Below the pieces are notes generated by a model. The model did no database searches. It saw only the letters and a program-made list of their open reading frames with translations, and had not been told where the DNA came from. From contig JBGVFY010000065.1 of NCBI GenBank assembly GCA_045121435.1, positions 2,953 to 66,952 of the forward strand: DNA of 64,000 nucleotides. Reading direction: 5' to 3'. Positions 26,357-36,049 of the stretch are shown here, in pieces; position 1 is the first letter of the stretch, and every line of letters begins with the position of its first letter. Origin of the DNA: Paludibacteraceae bacterium (GTDB lineage: Bacteria > Bacteroidota > Bacteroidia > Bacteroidales > Paludibacteraceae). Position numbers and translations under genes: made by a program.

Positions 26357-27810
26357 GAAACAGAAGTATCATATCGGGCATAGACTGGTGGACAATCATA
26401 TTGTTCCTTGTGATTGCGCTATTTGGTTGGCTGAATATCTACGGCTCGAGTTATTCGTTCGACCAAACAAGCATTTGGGACTTCTCCAACCGAGCAGGAA
26501 AGCAGTTGGTATGGCTGGCAACAGCCGTGGTAATGGGCGGAATTATCCTAATGATTGAAGAAAAAGCCTATGATGTGTTGGGTTATATATTCTATGGAGC
26601 CATATTGTTGCTACTGATTATCACACCTATTTTAGCACGCGATATCAAAGGTTCGTTATCGTGGATAACGATTGGTCCGATTAGTCTGCAACCTGCTGAG
26701 TTTGCCAAGTGTTTTACCGCTATCGCGGTGGCAAAATACATGAGCCAATATGGATATAGAGTACGCGATTTGCGCGATTTGACCGTACCTTTCTTGCTGA
26801 TAGGCGTACCTATGCTGATTATCATGGTATGGCAACGAGAAACGGGATCGGCATTGGTGTTTATCTCCTTCTTATTGGCATTCTATCGCCAAGGTATGTC
26901 GGGATATGTACTGAGTTGGGGTGCAGTGAGTATTTTACTATTTATCTTGGTAATTCGTTTTGGCGAAGTAGCATTGCCCTTTGGTGTGGGTAATGTTGGT
27001 ATGTTGGTTAGTACCTTGGCAATTGAAGCAATTGTACTTGGGTTGTTAATTGGGCACGAAAAAGATATGCGGTCAGGGATTATAGTAGGATTGGGTATCA
27101 TGATTTGCTATGGTATAGGACTGCTGCTCAATATGTGGATATCCGTTAATTTTAATTATATTGGTATTATCAGTTTGGCTTATACAACTATTTATCTGCT
27201 GATACAAGCCATTAAACAACGCAAAAGTAGTTTGGGATGGATTATGGGCTTCGTAATGGTTTCCACCCTACTCTGTCAAGGTTGTGACTTTGCATTCCAT
27301 AAGATATTGCAACCTCACCAACGCATTCGTATTGAGGTGTTGTTGGGCATGAAAGATGATCCACACGGTGCGGGATACAATGTGAATCAATCGCTGATTG
27401 CTATTGGTTCGGGACAAACAACGGGCAAGGGATTCTTGCAGGGTACACAAACCAAACTGAAGTTCGTACCTGAGCAGGACACCGACTTTATCTTCTGTAC
27501 CGTAGGCGAAGAATGGGGATTTATTGGCTCGGCAGGACTATTGCTACTTTATTTAGCGTTAGTACTACGAATCATATATATCGCTGAGCGTCAGCGAGAT
27601 AAATTCAGTATGATTTATGCGTATTGCGTGGCAGGAATATTATTGTTTCATGTGACAATCAATATCGGCATGGTATTAGGCCTATTGCCTGTGATTGGTA
27701 TTCCGCTACCATTTTTTAGCTATGGTGGCTCATCACTTTGGGGCTTTACCATACTGTTGGCTATCATGTTGCGATTGGATGCTGCGCGTGTAAATAAAAT
27801 GCAGGGATAA
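26353..27810 (+). CDS. rodA: rod shape-determining protein RodA (SEDS family)
   Basis: The start is the ATG overlapping the mrdA stop (ATGA). The sequence includes PAEFAK...TDFIF...GEEWGF...PLPFFSYGGSS. Confidence 0.93.
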   Translation: MRNRSIISGIDWWTIILFLVIALFGWLNIYGSSYSFDQTSIWDFSNRAGKQLVWLATAVVMGGIILMIEEKAYDVLGYIFYGAILLLLIITPILARDIKGSLSWITIGPISLQPAEFAKCFTAIAVAKYMSQYGYRVRDLRDLTVPFLLIGVPMLIIMVWQRETGSALVFISFLLAFYRQGMSGYVLSWGAVSILLFILVIRFGEVALPFGVGNVGMLVSTLAIEAIVLGLLIGHEKDMRSGIIVGLGIMICYGIGLLLNMWISVNFNYIGIISLAYTTIYLLIQAIKQRKSSLGWIMGFVMVSTLLCQGCDFAFHKILQPHQRIRIEVLLGMKDDPHGAGYNVNQSLIAIGSGQTTGKGFLQGTQTKLKFVPEQDTDFIFCTVGEEWGFIGSAGLLLLYLALVLRIIYIAERQRDKFSMIYAYCVAGILLFHVTINIGMVLGLLPVIGIPLPFFSYGGSSLWGFTILLAIMLRLDAARVNKMQG

Positions 27811-27812
27811 GT

Positions 27813-28256
27813 ATGGCAGAGCACAATATCATAGGACAGAAAGGTGAAGAGATTGCTTGTGAAACCATGCGAAAGAAAGGTTTCCGAGTGGTGGATACCA
27901 ACTGGAAGTTCGGACATTTGGAAATGGATGTGATAGCGGTGAATAGGAAAGAGATTGCATTTGTAGAAGTCAAAACACGCACCACTTCTTTCGGGGGGAA
28001 ACGCCCAGAAGAGTATGTGGACAACCTGAAACGCCGCCGAATGGCTGCTGCCGCAAATGTGTATATTAAATTTAACAAAATAGAATTAGCACCACGCTTT
28101 GACATTATTGGCATTACAATGGATCCGAACACTTATGCGGTAAAAGAACTGACCCATTTGGAGGATGCTTTTCTGCCACCCCAACGCACAATTGGCAAGA
28201 GCAGTTTCAGCGGGCAGGGGAAATGGCACCATCGAGGCAGAGTGATTGGGAAATAA
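27813..28256 (+). CDS. yraN: YraN-family (UPF0102) endonuclease-like protein
   Basis: GQKGEEIACETMRKKGFRVVDTNWKFGHLEMDVIA...IAFVEVKTR. Confidence 0.8.
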   Translation: MAEHNIIGQKGEEIACETMRKKGFRVVDTNWKFGHLEMDVIAVNRKEIAFVEVKTRTTSFGGKRPEEYVDNLKRRRMAAAANVYIKFNKIELAPRFDIIGITMDPNTYAVKELTHLEDAFLPPQRTIGKSSFSGQGKWHHRGRVIGK

Positions 28257-28312
28257 GATTAGTATAGGATATATATAGGATAAGCAACAGATAGAAATAA
28301 GTGATTGATTAT

Positions 28313-30187
28313 ATGGAATTTAAGTACGATATTATTGTAGTAGGAGCAGGGCATGCAGGTTGCGAAGCAGCCAGTGCTGCTGCGCGTATGGGTAGCAAGA
28401 CATTGCTCATCACGATGGATATGAATAAGATCGGTCAGATGAGCTGTAACCCTGCTGTAGGAGGAATAGCTAAAGGTCAGATAGTCAGGGAGATAGATGC
28501 GATGGGTGGACAGATGGGCATCATTACGGACAAGAGTGCTATCCAATTTCGTATGCTCAATCGCAGCAAGGGTCCTGCTATGTGGAGTCCGCGTAGTCAG
28601 AGCGATAGAAAACGCTTTATCGAGGAATGGGTGGATGTTTTGAGCAAGACTGACAACTTGCAAATTTGGCAAGATATGGTCACCGAACTGGTGGTGAAAG
28701 ATGGTGTGGTCTGCGGAGTGAAAACATTGTTAGGTATCACCATGCAAGCGCAGGCAGTAATCTTAACCAATGGCACTTTCCTCAATGGATTGTTGCATTT
28801 TGGTAAAGCGCAGATACAAGGTGGTCGTATCTCTGAACCATCAAGCTATGGATTGACCGAACAACTGCGTGAGTTGGGCTTTGCCACTGATCGTATGAAA
28901 ACAGGTACGCCTGCTCGTATCGATAAAAGGAGTATTGATTTCAGCCAGATGACCGAACAGCCAGGCGATGTAGATAATCATACATTCTCATATTTGGATA
29001 CTGTGCAACGCCAACTGAAGCAGATGAGTTGTTGGATTACCTATACCAATACAGAAACGCACGATGTGCTGCGCGGAGGATTGGAGGACTCCCCACTCTA
29101 TAATGGTCAGATACAAAGTATTGGTCCACGCTACTGTCCAAGTATTGAGACGAAAATCGTTACTTTCACAGAGAAAGATGCACACCAATTGTTCTTAGAG
29201 CCAGAGGGCGTGGATAGCAACGAATATTATGTGAATGGATTCTCTTCATCGCTTCCTTGGCAGATTCAGTGGAAGGCACTGAAACAAGTGAAGGGCTTAG
29301 AGAATGTGGTACTATATCGCCCTGGATATGCGATTGAATATGACTTTTTTGACCCCACTCAACTGCTACATACATTGGAAACGAAGTTGATTAAGAACCT
29401 CTATTTTGCTGGACAAATCAATGGTACTACTGGCTACGAGGAGGCAGCAGGACAGGGATTGGTAGCAGGTGTGAATGCCCACTTGGCTATTCACAACACG
29501 GGCAAGACCTTCACTATGAGTAGAGATGAGAGCTATATTGGTGTATTGATTGATGACTTGGTAAATAAGGGTGTGGACGAGCCATATCGCATGTTTACTT
29601 CGCGTGCAGAGTATCGTATATTGCTTCGCCAAGACAATGCTGATGCGCGACTGACAGCGCGCTGCTATGAATTGGGATTGGTAGATGAATACCGAATGGA
29701 TTTGTTACGCTACAAACAAAGCGGTGAGGAAATGCTAACAGAAGTGCTAAAAAATACCACCGTGCGTGGCGAGGTGAATGGCTATCTCAGTCAAATGGGC
29801 TATGGCGAATTGCAACATGGTACCAAATTGATTGATTTGGTGGCCCGACCTAATGTGACTATCAATGGTTTGGCAGAAGTGGTACCTACATTGAAAGAAG
29901 CAATCGATAAATTAGAGAGAATAGCAGAGGAGATTGTGGAGAGTGCAGAAATCAATATTAAGTACAAGGGGTATATCGAGCGCGAACGATTGGCTGCGGA
30001 TAAACTACAACGCCTGAATAATATCCATTTGCCAGAGGATTTTGACTACAATAGCGTACAGTCGCTAAGCACGGAAGCACGCCAAAAACTATCTCGTATC
30101 AAACCTGCTACCATCGGCGAGGCTAGCCGTATTCCGGGTGTCAGCCCTAACGATGTAAGCGTATTATTGGTACTCATGGGAAGGTAA
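28313..30187 (+). CDS. mnmG: tRNA uridine 5-carboxymethylaminomethyl modification enzyme MnmG
   Basis: MEFKYDIIVVGAGHAGCEAA.... The track ORF begins 12 nt earlier at a GTG. Confidence 0.95.
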   Translation: MEFKYDIIVVGAGHAGCEAASAAARMGSKTLLITMDMNKIGQMSCNPAVGGIAKGQIVREIDAMGGQMGIITDKSAIQFRMLNRSKGPAMWSPRSQSDRKRFIEEWVDVLSKTDNLQIWQDMVTELVVKDGVVCGVKTLLGITMQAQAVILTNGTFLNGLLHFGKAQIQGGRISEPSSYGLTEQLRELGFATDRMKTGTPARIDKRSIDFSQMTEQPGDVDNHTFSYLDTVQRQLKQMSCWITYTNTETHDVLRGGLEDSPLYNGQIQSIGPRYCPSIETKIVTFTEKDAHQLFLEPEGVDSNEYYVNGFSSSLPWQIQWKALKQVKGLENVVLYRPGYAIEYDFFDPTQLLHTLETKLIKNLYFAGQINGTTGYEEAAGQGLVAGVNAHLAIHNTGKTFTMSRDESYIGVLIDDLVNKGVDEPYRMFTSRAEYRILLRQDNADARLTARCYELGLVDEYRMDLLRYKQSGEEMLTEVLKNTTVRGEVNGYLSQMGYGELQHGTKLIDLVARPNVTINGLAEVVPTLKEAIDKLERIAEEIVESAEINIKYKGYIERERLAADKLQRLNNIHLPEDFDYNSVQSLSTEARQKLSRIKPATIGEASRIPGVSPNDVSVLLVLMGR

Positions 30188-30263
30188 TAAATAGGTTAAA
30201 GGCTAAAGGTTAGAGGTTAAAGATAAGTAATTGTTTCACGTGGAACATTGTGCACCCTTAGTA

Positions 30264-30271
30264 TACCTTTG
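30264..30271 (+). promoter_or_regulatory. -7 box TACCTTTG (apt)
   Basis: tacctttg lies 42 nt upstream of the ATG at 30313. Confidence 0.55.
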
Positions 30272-30312
30272 GTATAGCCAATAAATAGAAATAAACTTAA
30301 AAATAAGATAAT

Positions 30313-30837
30313 ATGACACAACAAGAAGTAATCGCTCAAATTCGCGATGTAAAGGATTTTCCTGTAAAGGGAATTGTTTTCAAGGATTTAACTACTGTAT
30401 TTGACAAGCCAGAGTGCTTGCGCTGGATGCGTGATGAGATTGTAAATCTGTACCGCGCTTATGGTATCACCAAGGTAGTAGGTATTGAATCTCGTGGATT
30501 TATCTTGGCTCCTGCAGTAGCAATGGAGTTAGGCGCAGGCTTTGTTCCTGTACGCAAACCCGGTAAATTACCTGCAGAGACTATTGAGGTAAGTTACGCC
30601 AAGGAGTATGGTACTGACACTATCCAAATGCACAAAGACGCTTTGAATGAGAATGATGTGGTGTTGCTGCATGATGATTTGTTGGCAACAGGCGGCTCAA
30701 TGGCTGCAGCATTGGAGTTGGTACGCAAGTTTGGTGTGAAGAAAGTGTATATCAACTTTATTGTGGAATTGGAATTCCTTGAAGGCCGCAAGGCGTTGGG
30801 CGGTGATGTAGAGGTTAGTAGTTTGTTGAGTTGTTAA
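30313..30837 (+). CDS. apt: adenine phosphoribosyltransferase
   Basis: The 174-aa ORF contains VVLLHDDLLATGGS. Confidence 0.93.
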   Translation: MTQQEVIAQIRDVKDFPVKGIVFKDLTTVFDKPECLRWMRDEIVNLYRAYGITKVVGIESRGFILAPAVAMELGAGFVPVRKPGKLPAETIEVSYAKEYGTDTIQMHKDALNENDVVLLHDDLLATGGSMAAALELVRKFGVKKVYINFIVELEFLEGRKALGGDVEVSSLLSC

Positions 30838-31008
30838 TTTTATTCGAATTCATCGGGAATTTTTAATAAAAACAACATAAACAACTTGCGCGCCAATCAA
30901 CATCCTGGCGCGCCTGTATATATAGTGATATTATTTTATTACACCAACAAACTACATTTATTTTTACCAGACAGATGTTACCGATAAAATCGGACAAAAT
31001 TACAAGTT

Positions 31009-32826
31009 TTGGTTAAAAACGAGCACATACAACAGATTCTACAGCGGTTGCCAGAGCAGCCTGGCGTGTACCAATACCTCAATGAGGCAGGGGAAGTGAT
31101 TTATGTGGGTAAGGCCAAGAACTTGAAAAGGCGTGTAAGTAGTTATTTTCATAAAGAGCAAGACCGCTACAAAACCAAACTGCTGGTCAAACAGATCGCA
31201 GATATCCGCTATGTGGTGGTGGAAAGTGAGCAAGATGCGTTTTTGCTGGAAAATAACCTTATTAAAAAGCATCAACCGCACTACAATATCCTGCTGAAAG
31301 ACGGAAAGAGTTACCCCAGTATTTGCATTACTCGAGAAGATTATCCGCGGATATTTAAGACAAGGAAAATTATTAAGGGCGTGGGCGAGTACTTCGGTCC
31401 ATATAGCTTTGGCTATACATTGGACTTGGTTTTGGAGTTGATTCATAAGCTGTATCCGCTGCGTACATGTAGTATGCAAATGGCGAAAAACTCCGTTGAA
31501 ATCGGGAAATATCGCGTGTGCTTGAAGTATCATTTGGGTAATTGTTGCGGTGTGTGCGAGGCAAAAGTGTCGCAAGAGAAGTATATGGAATATATACAAG
31601 CGGCACGGCAGATTATTCGTGGTGATGCGCACGAAATCAGCAAACAGATTAAGAGCGAGATGATGCAAGCTGCCGCAGAAATGCGGTATGAGGAAGCTGC
31701 CAAACTGAAAGAAAAGCTCGAATTGATCGAGAATTTTAAGAGTAAAACGGTCATTACGAACTCGCATGCGGGCGATGTGGATGTGTTCGGTTACGATGAA
31801 ATGGGGCAAAATGTGTATATCTCTATGCTGCATGTGCATAACGGAAGTATTGTACAAGGGCAGACTATAGAATACAAAAAGCAGTTGGATGAGAGCCGAG
31901 AGGAAGTGTTGGCAATGGGTATTTACGAACTGCGGGAGCAGTTGGGAAGTACCACGCGGGAGGTGATTGTTCCGTTTATTCCGGAGATAATTGATGAAAA
32001 CCTGCATGTAAATATCGCATTGGGTGGCGACAAAAAGAAGCTTTTGGATTTGGCTATGCAGAATGTACAGCAGTACAAGAAAGACCGAATTAGACAGGAA
32101 GATAAGTTGAATCCCGACCAACGCGCAGTGCGGATATTGGGCAATTTGCAACAGTTGTTGGGCTTGCCTACCCTACCTATGTGGATTGATAGTTTTGATA
32201 ACTCGAATACGCAAGGCAGTAACGCGGTGGCAGGTTGTGTGGTATTTAAGAAAGGTCGCGCATGCAAGAGTGAGTACAAGAAATTTGAGATTAAGACGGT
32301 AGAGGGTCCCGATGACTACGCGAGTATGCGCGAGGTGGTGAAGAGAAGATACCAACGATTGTTGGACGAGGGTAGTGCCCTACCCGACTTGATTATCACC
32401 GATGGTGGTGTGGGACAGATGAGTGCTATCCGCGAGGTGGTGGAAGATATGTTGGGCTTGCAGATTCCTATCGCAGGACTGAAAAAAGATGACAAGCATA
32501 GGACCAACACCCTACTCTATGGCAACCCGGTTCAGGAGTTTGGCATGAAGGTGACGGACGAAGTGTTCCGACTGATGGTGGAGATACAAGATGAGGTGCA
32601 CCGATTTGCTATTTCGTACCACAAAAAGAAGCGCAGCAAGGCTCAAACAAAGAGCGAACTCGATGATATTCAGGGAGTTGGAGCAATAACAAAGCAAAAG
32701 ATACTACAACATTTCGGGTCTGTGGCTCGTGCTAAAATGGCAGAAAAAGAAGAGTGGATTGATTTGCTCGGAACTCGCTCAGGGACAAAGCTTTACGAGC
32801 ATTTTCATGGTAAAATAACGCCCTGA
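31009..32826 (+). CDS. uvrC: excinuclease ABC subunit C
   Basis: The 605-aa ORF has a GIY-YIG region (PGVYQYLNEAGEVIYVGKAKNLKRR). The TTG start is uncertain. Confidence 0.93.
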   Translation: MVKNEHIQQILQRLPEQPGVYQYLNEAGEVIYVGKAKNLKRRVSSYFHKEQDRYKTKLLVKQIADIRYVVVESEQDAFLLENNLIKKHQPHYNILLKDGKSYPSICITREDYPRIFKTRKIIKGVGEYFGPYSFGYTLDLVLELIHKLYPLRTCSMQMAKNSVEIGKYRVCLKYHLGNCCGVCEAKVSQEKYMEYIQAARQIIRGDAHEISKQIKSEMMQAAAEMRYEEAAKLKEKLELIENFKSKTVITNSHAGDVDVFGYDEMGQNVYISMLHVHNGSIVQGQTIEYKKQLDESREEVLAMGIYELREQLGSTTREVIVPFIPEIIDENLHVNIALGGDKKKLLDLAMQNVQQYKKDRIRQEDKLNPDQRAVRILGNLQQLLGLPTLPMWIDSFDNSNTQGSNAVAGCVVFKKGRACKSEYKKFEIKTVEGPDDYASMREVVKRRYQRLLDEGSALPDLIITDGGVGQMSAIREVVEDMLGLQIPIAGLKKDDKHRTNTLLYGNPVQEFGMKVTDEVFRLMVEIQDEVHRFAISYHKKKRSKAQTKSELDDIQGVGAITKQKILQHFGSVARAKMAEKEEWIDLLGTRSGTKLYEHFHGKITP

Positions 32827-32906
32827 GAATTGAATGGATTTGATAAACTCGTGGAACAACACGATAAAAAATAGGGGTTTTCGCTCCTATTGTTGTTACA
32901 TACCCA

Positions 32907-32935
32907 CCGCTTATCCTCCGCTTATCCACCCGATA
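32907..32935. repeat. repeat family R4, copy a
   Basis: ccgcttatcctccgcttatccacccgataa. The partner copy ttccgcttatccacccaataa is at 42726-42746 in the same orientation. Confidence 0.8.
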
Positions 32936-33007
32936 AAATTACTCCCCTACACTACTCTACCTTCGGTAAGGGTTCGGTATCCCTTCGGAGGAGTGCGTAG
33001 CGTGTGG

Positions 33008-33050
33008 CGCAAAAAAACACTACCCTTGCGCAAAGGTAGCGCAAGGGTAG
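33008..33050 (-). terminator. intrinsic terminator closing B12 operon 1
   Basis: On the minus strand TACCCTTGCGCtacctttGCGCAAGGGTA is followed by gtgTTTTTTTg. Confidence 0.8.
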
Positions 33051-33085
33051 CGAAATGACCGTATTACGGATTGGTGACTATACCA

Positions 33086-34645
33086 TCATTCTTCTATTTG
33101 GAAACGAACGGCAATATCGTCAAAAGCAAAGTGTGAAGGTATATTCTCTTTCTCACAAACTTTACAAAATTTTATAGAAGCGACTTTTCCTAGAAAAGCA
33201 AGATTCAATTTGGTCCATCCATCAATGAACGTCCCTTTTTTATAAAGATCAAGCTTTGCAGTTCCAGTGACCTCATCATTTCGATTATATCCAGTTACCA
33301 CCAAAGTATAGGTGTCATCGTCATCAAGTTGGTCCATACTGCCATTAGGTCCCTCTCCTAAAGCACTCGCATACATTAATGTGGTTAGATTTACATAAAT
33401 ATGGTCTATCACACGCTCATTTTCATCTCCAAAAAAGATAGGTGTTGCTGGGTCAGTTACACCATATCCAGCATTTGCTACACAAAAATTAGTGCCACTA
33501 TGTCCACTGGTTCCAAATGCAGTTAATTGAGTTGTCCAATCTTTATTGCTTTCATAATCTTCACTCGCAATGTTCGAAATGGCTATACCACATTCTTGAT
33601 AAGTCGCAAAGAAATGCGCAAGTTTGGTATTGTATTCATCGTACCAACAATAGCAATCTGCATAACGGTATTCTGGATCAATCCAGCCGGTCGGATCGAA
33701 TCCTGATGCACCATATTGTGCACCATAAAGTAAACCGCCCCAGAACATACTACCTTGGTCTGGATCAATCAGATCTGACCATGTCTCAATCGTAAAGTAT
33801 TCATCATATTGCAATTCGTATGGATCAAAACTCTTGTCTGCGAGATTAGTCCAATCCTCAAAGGTCAGCGTTTTGAGTTGGTAGTCGGCTACTTTTGGTG
33901 GCATTACCATGGCTTGATTGGGTGTAAATGTAGCGGAAGATGTCTTCTCAAAGTCCGCAATAAGAGATTCATCGTCTTCCAAAACCTCTACCTTAAAGCC
34001 CTTTTGCCATTCGCCTGCAGGCACTACAATATAGAATAATTTAGGTGCATTTTCAAGAAAAGCACCTCTACAATCAAGCGTATATTTATCACCTGTTTTG
34101 CGGTTGGTAACTACAATATCGCTCAATCTTTTGCTTCCTCTAAGTTGCAAACCAAGCAAAGCGTTTTGAGCTTCAAGAGTGAAGCCACTCAAATCGCCAT
34201 TCTCTGCGTGCATGGTCATCAACTCATCGCCAAAGCCATTTTTCACATATGTTTGGTTAGCGAGATTAGGTGTAGTAACTGGATAATCTACGGTATAAGT
34301 AGTTCCCTCCGCAGGCATAAAGCCCTCGAACACGCCTTCGGCAGTGCCCGCACCATCTTTAAGAGTGAAGTTTGAAGATACACCATTTACTGTTACTTTG
34401 ATTTCGTCGCCTTCGTTCCAAGTGAGTTTGATAGCTCCATTGGTTTGGCTATCTGGAGTGTCGTCCAAACCAGAAACGCGTTGTTTACCAGGCATTTGCT
34501 TCGCACCGCCATTAGGGTTGGCGATAGTGGCAGAGAGCGTTACTTTTTGTCCTTTTTGGAAAGGAGTGCCTAACTCCTCATTTTGATTGTTTTGGCAGGC
34601 AGCAAACAACACTGCAATAGCCAAGAAATAGAAATACTTTTTCAT
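33086..34645 (-). CDS. surface lipoprotein, C-terminal half DUF4465-like (paralogous to 36050..37117)
   Basis: The 519-aa ORF has lipobox MKKYFYFLAIAVLFAAC. It contains YQLKTLTFEDWT...WSDLIDPDQG...CWYDEYNTKLAH...FAFDDIAVRF. Confidence 0.7.
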   Translation of the reverse strand: MKKYFYFLAIAVLFAACQNNQNEELGTPFQKGQKVTLSATIANPNGGAKQMPGKQRVSGLDDTPDSQTNGAIKLTWNEGDEIKVTVNGVSSNFTLKDGAGTAEGVFEGFMPAEGTTYTVDYPVTTPNLANQTYVKNGFGDELMTMHAENGDLSGFTLEAQNALLGLQLRGSKRLSDIVVTNRKTGDKYTLDCRGAFLENAPKLFYIVVPAGEWQKGFKVEVLEDDESLIADFEKTSSATFTPNQAMVMPPKVADYQLKTLTFEDWTNLADKSFDPYELQYDEYFTIETWSDLIDPDQGSMFWGGLLYGAQYGASGFDPTGWIDPEYRYADCYCWYDEYNTKLAHFFATYQECGIAISNIASEDYESNKDWTTQLTAFGTSGHSGTNFCVANAGYGVTDPATPIFFGDENERVIDHIYVNLTTLMYASALGEGPNGSMDQLDDDDTYTLVVTGYNRNDEVTGTAKLDLYKKGTFIDGWTKLNLAFLGKVASIKFCKVCEKENIPSHFAFDDIAVRFQIEE

Positions 34646-34672
34646 AATTCATGTGGGATTTTAGTGTTGTTT

Positions 34673-34813
34673 TTACCAAGAGCCAGAGCCTTTGCCCATA
34701 GATCCTAAATTACCTTTAGGTGAAATAAAGCTTGCGCCACCACCTGAGGCACACAAGATGCCTGTTTCTACTGCCAGCACTGTAGTGCTGGGAGTTTGAT
34801 ACGATTTTTTCAT
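34673..34813 (-). CDS. 46-aa small ORF inside the operon
   Basis: The hand-translated product is MKKSYQTPSTTVLAVETGILCASGGGASFISPKGNLGSMGKGSGSW. It is below the 60-aa track cutoff and fills an otherwise empty 220-nt gap. Confidence 0.4.
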   Translation of the reverse strand: MKKSYQTPSTTVLAVETGILCASGGGASFISPKGNLGSMGKGSGSW

Positions 34814-34865
34814 GATTGTAATGTTTTTTTAATTGATTAATATTAAGTTAGTTATTTTCTGCTGA

Positions 34866-36014
34866 TTATTGTGCCGTGATGGTCAGTTCGCCCTCAAACT
34901 CCGTAAGGAAGCGTACATAGAGGTAGCCATCTTGGTCGGTAAATTGTTTCAGTTGTACCATATCCAATGTGGTAGATGAAGTGATAGCTTCGTAGAGTAC
35001 CACATCCCTATGGTATTTAGCCACGGCGTAGTCGCAATCTTTGGCAATAAATAGGTGCAATGGCTCTATGCCTGTCCATTGGATTTGAATGGTTTGCGCT
35101 GCCCAATCTTGGTAATCAATGCGATAGACATCCAGTGCTCCATCTAGATTCATGCTCATAACGGTATCTTTTGGCAGGATAATCGTAGATTCCAAGCATG
35201 TATTTGGCTCTTTAGGAGCTGGCACATAGGTCTTTACCAATCGCACTGCGCTACCATAATAGCGGAACTGCGCGCCTTTTCTTGCTTGTTTGGCGGTGAT
35301 ATCAAAATAGGAAGCATAATCAGTGGACATACCCGACGCCGACCAATAGTAGCCATTCATACCAACAAAGGACATTTTCTTATCTACTCGATAGCCCGCA
35401 GCAGGCAAGAACACAGCACCCGCCTCTTCCATCACTGCCCACTCTTCTGCAGAGAAAGACTGGTATTCAGCAAATTGAGCTGATCCATAGCTTGTATGGA
35501 AGCCCGATTTGAAGGTGATACCCTCTGGGCATACCCAAGCATCAGGAAGAAGGATAAGACCGTTGTAGCCATTTACACATGCTACACCAAGCAAAGAAGA
35601 TGCATTCGCACGATCTGTAAACAGATATTGCCATTGGTTAGCAGTGAGGGTGTACCAAGTATTGGCTGTATCTGTACCAATGGCATTAGCACCCCAATCT
35701 ACGAAATTGCCTTGAAAATCAGCCTTATTGTAGCTGGCTTTCACTCCCCATGGGGCTGCAGGATTATCCGTGCTCCAACTAAAACTATCTATCCAGCCAT
35801 CATAATCCGCAGCGATATTGCCGTTGGCTGCACCTATATAATCGTATTGATTTTCCGCAAAACGCCATTCATCATTTGCAGGGTGGTACTGCAAGTTACC
35901 TGCAGAAAAAACGACTTGCTTGTCTGCACTAACAGAAAAAGCGGCTTCAGCAGGTGTGGCAAACACACATGCTACGACAGCGAGGCATAATACCAAAGTA
36001 GTAATTCGTTTCAT
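34866..36014 (-). CDS. exported lectin-fold-like protein (FISUMP/DUF1566-like by eye) with extra C-terminal domain
   Basis: The start is set at MKRITTLVLCLAVVACVFA. The sequence includes FSAGNLQYHP..WRFAENQYDYIG...NGYYWSAS...YYGSAVRLV. Confidence 0.6.
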   Translation of the reverse strand: MKRITTLVLCLAVVACVFATPAEAAFSVSADKQVVFSAGNLQYHPANDEWRFAENQYDYIGAANGNIAADYDGWIDSFSWSTDNPAAPWGVKASYNKADFQGNFVDWGANAIGTDTANTWYTLTANQWQYLFTDRANASSLLGVACVNGYNGLILLPDAWVCPEGITFKSGFHTSYGSAQFAEYQSFSAEEWAVMEEAGAVFLPAAGYRVDKKMSFVGMNGYYWSASGMSTDYASYFDITAKQARKGAQFRYYGSAVRLVKTYVPAPKEPNTCLESTIILPKDTVMSMNLDGALDVYRIDYQDWAAQTIQIQWTGIEPLHLFIAKDCDYAVAKYHRDVVLYEAITSSTTLDMVQLKQFTDQDGYLYVRFLTEFEGELTITAQ

Positions 36015-36049
36015 TGTGTAATATTGTGATTTTAAATATGTTATGATCA

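Noticed and set aside
31039-32151. 370-aa minus-strand ORF
   Set aside because: It lies entirely antisense to uvrC, whose product has clear GIY-YIG and UvrC motifs. The antisense translation has no recognisable features.
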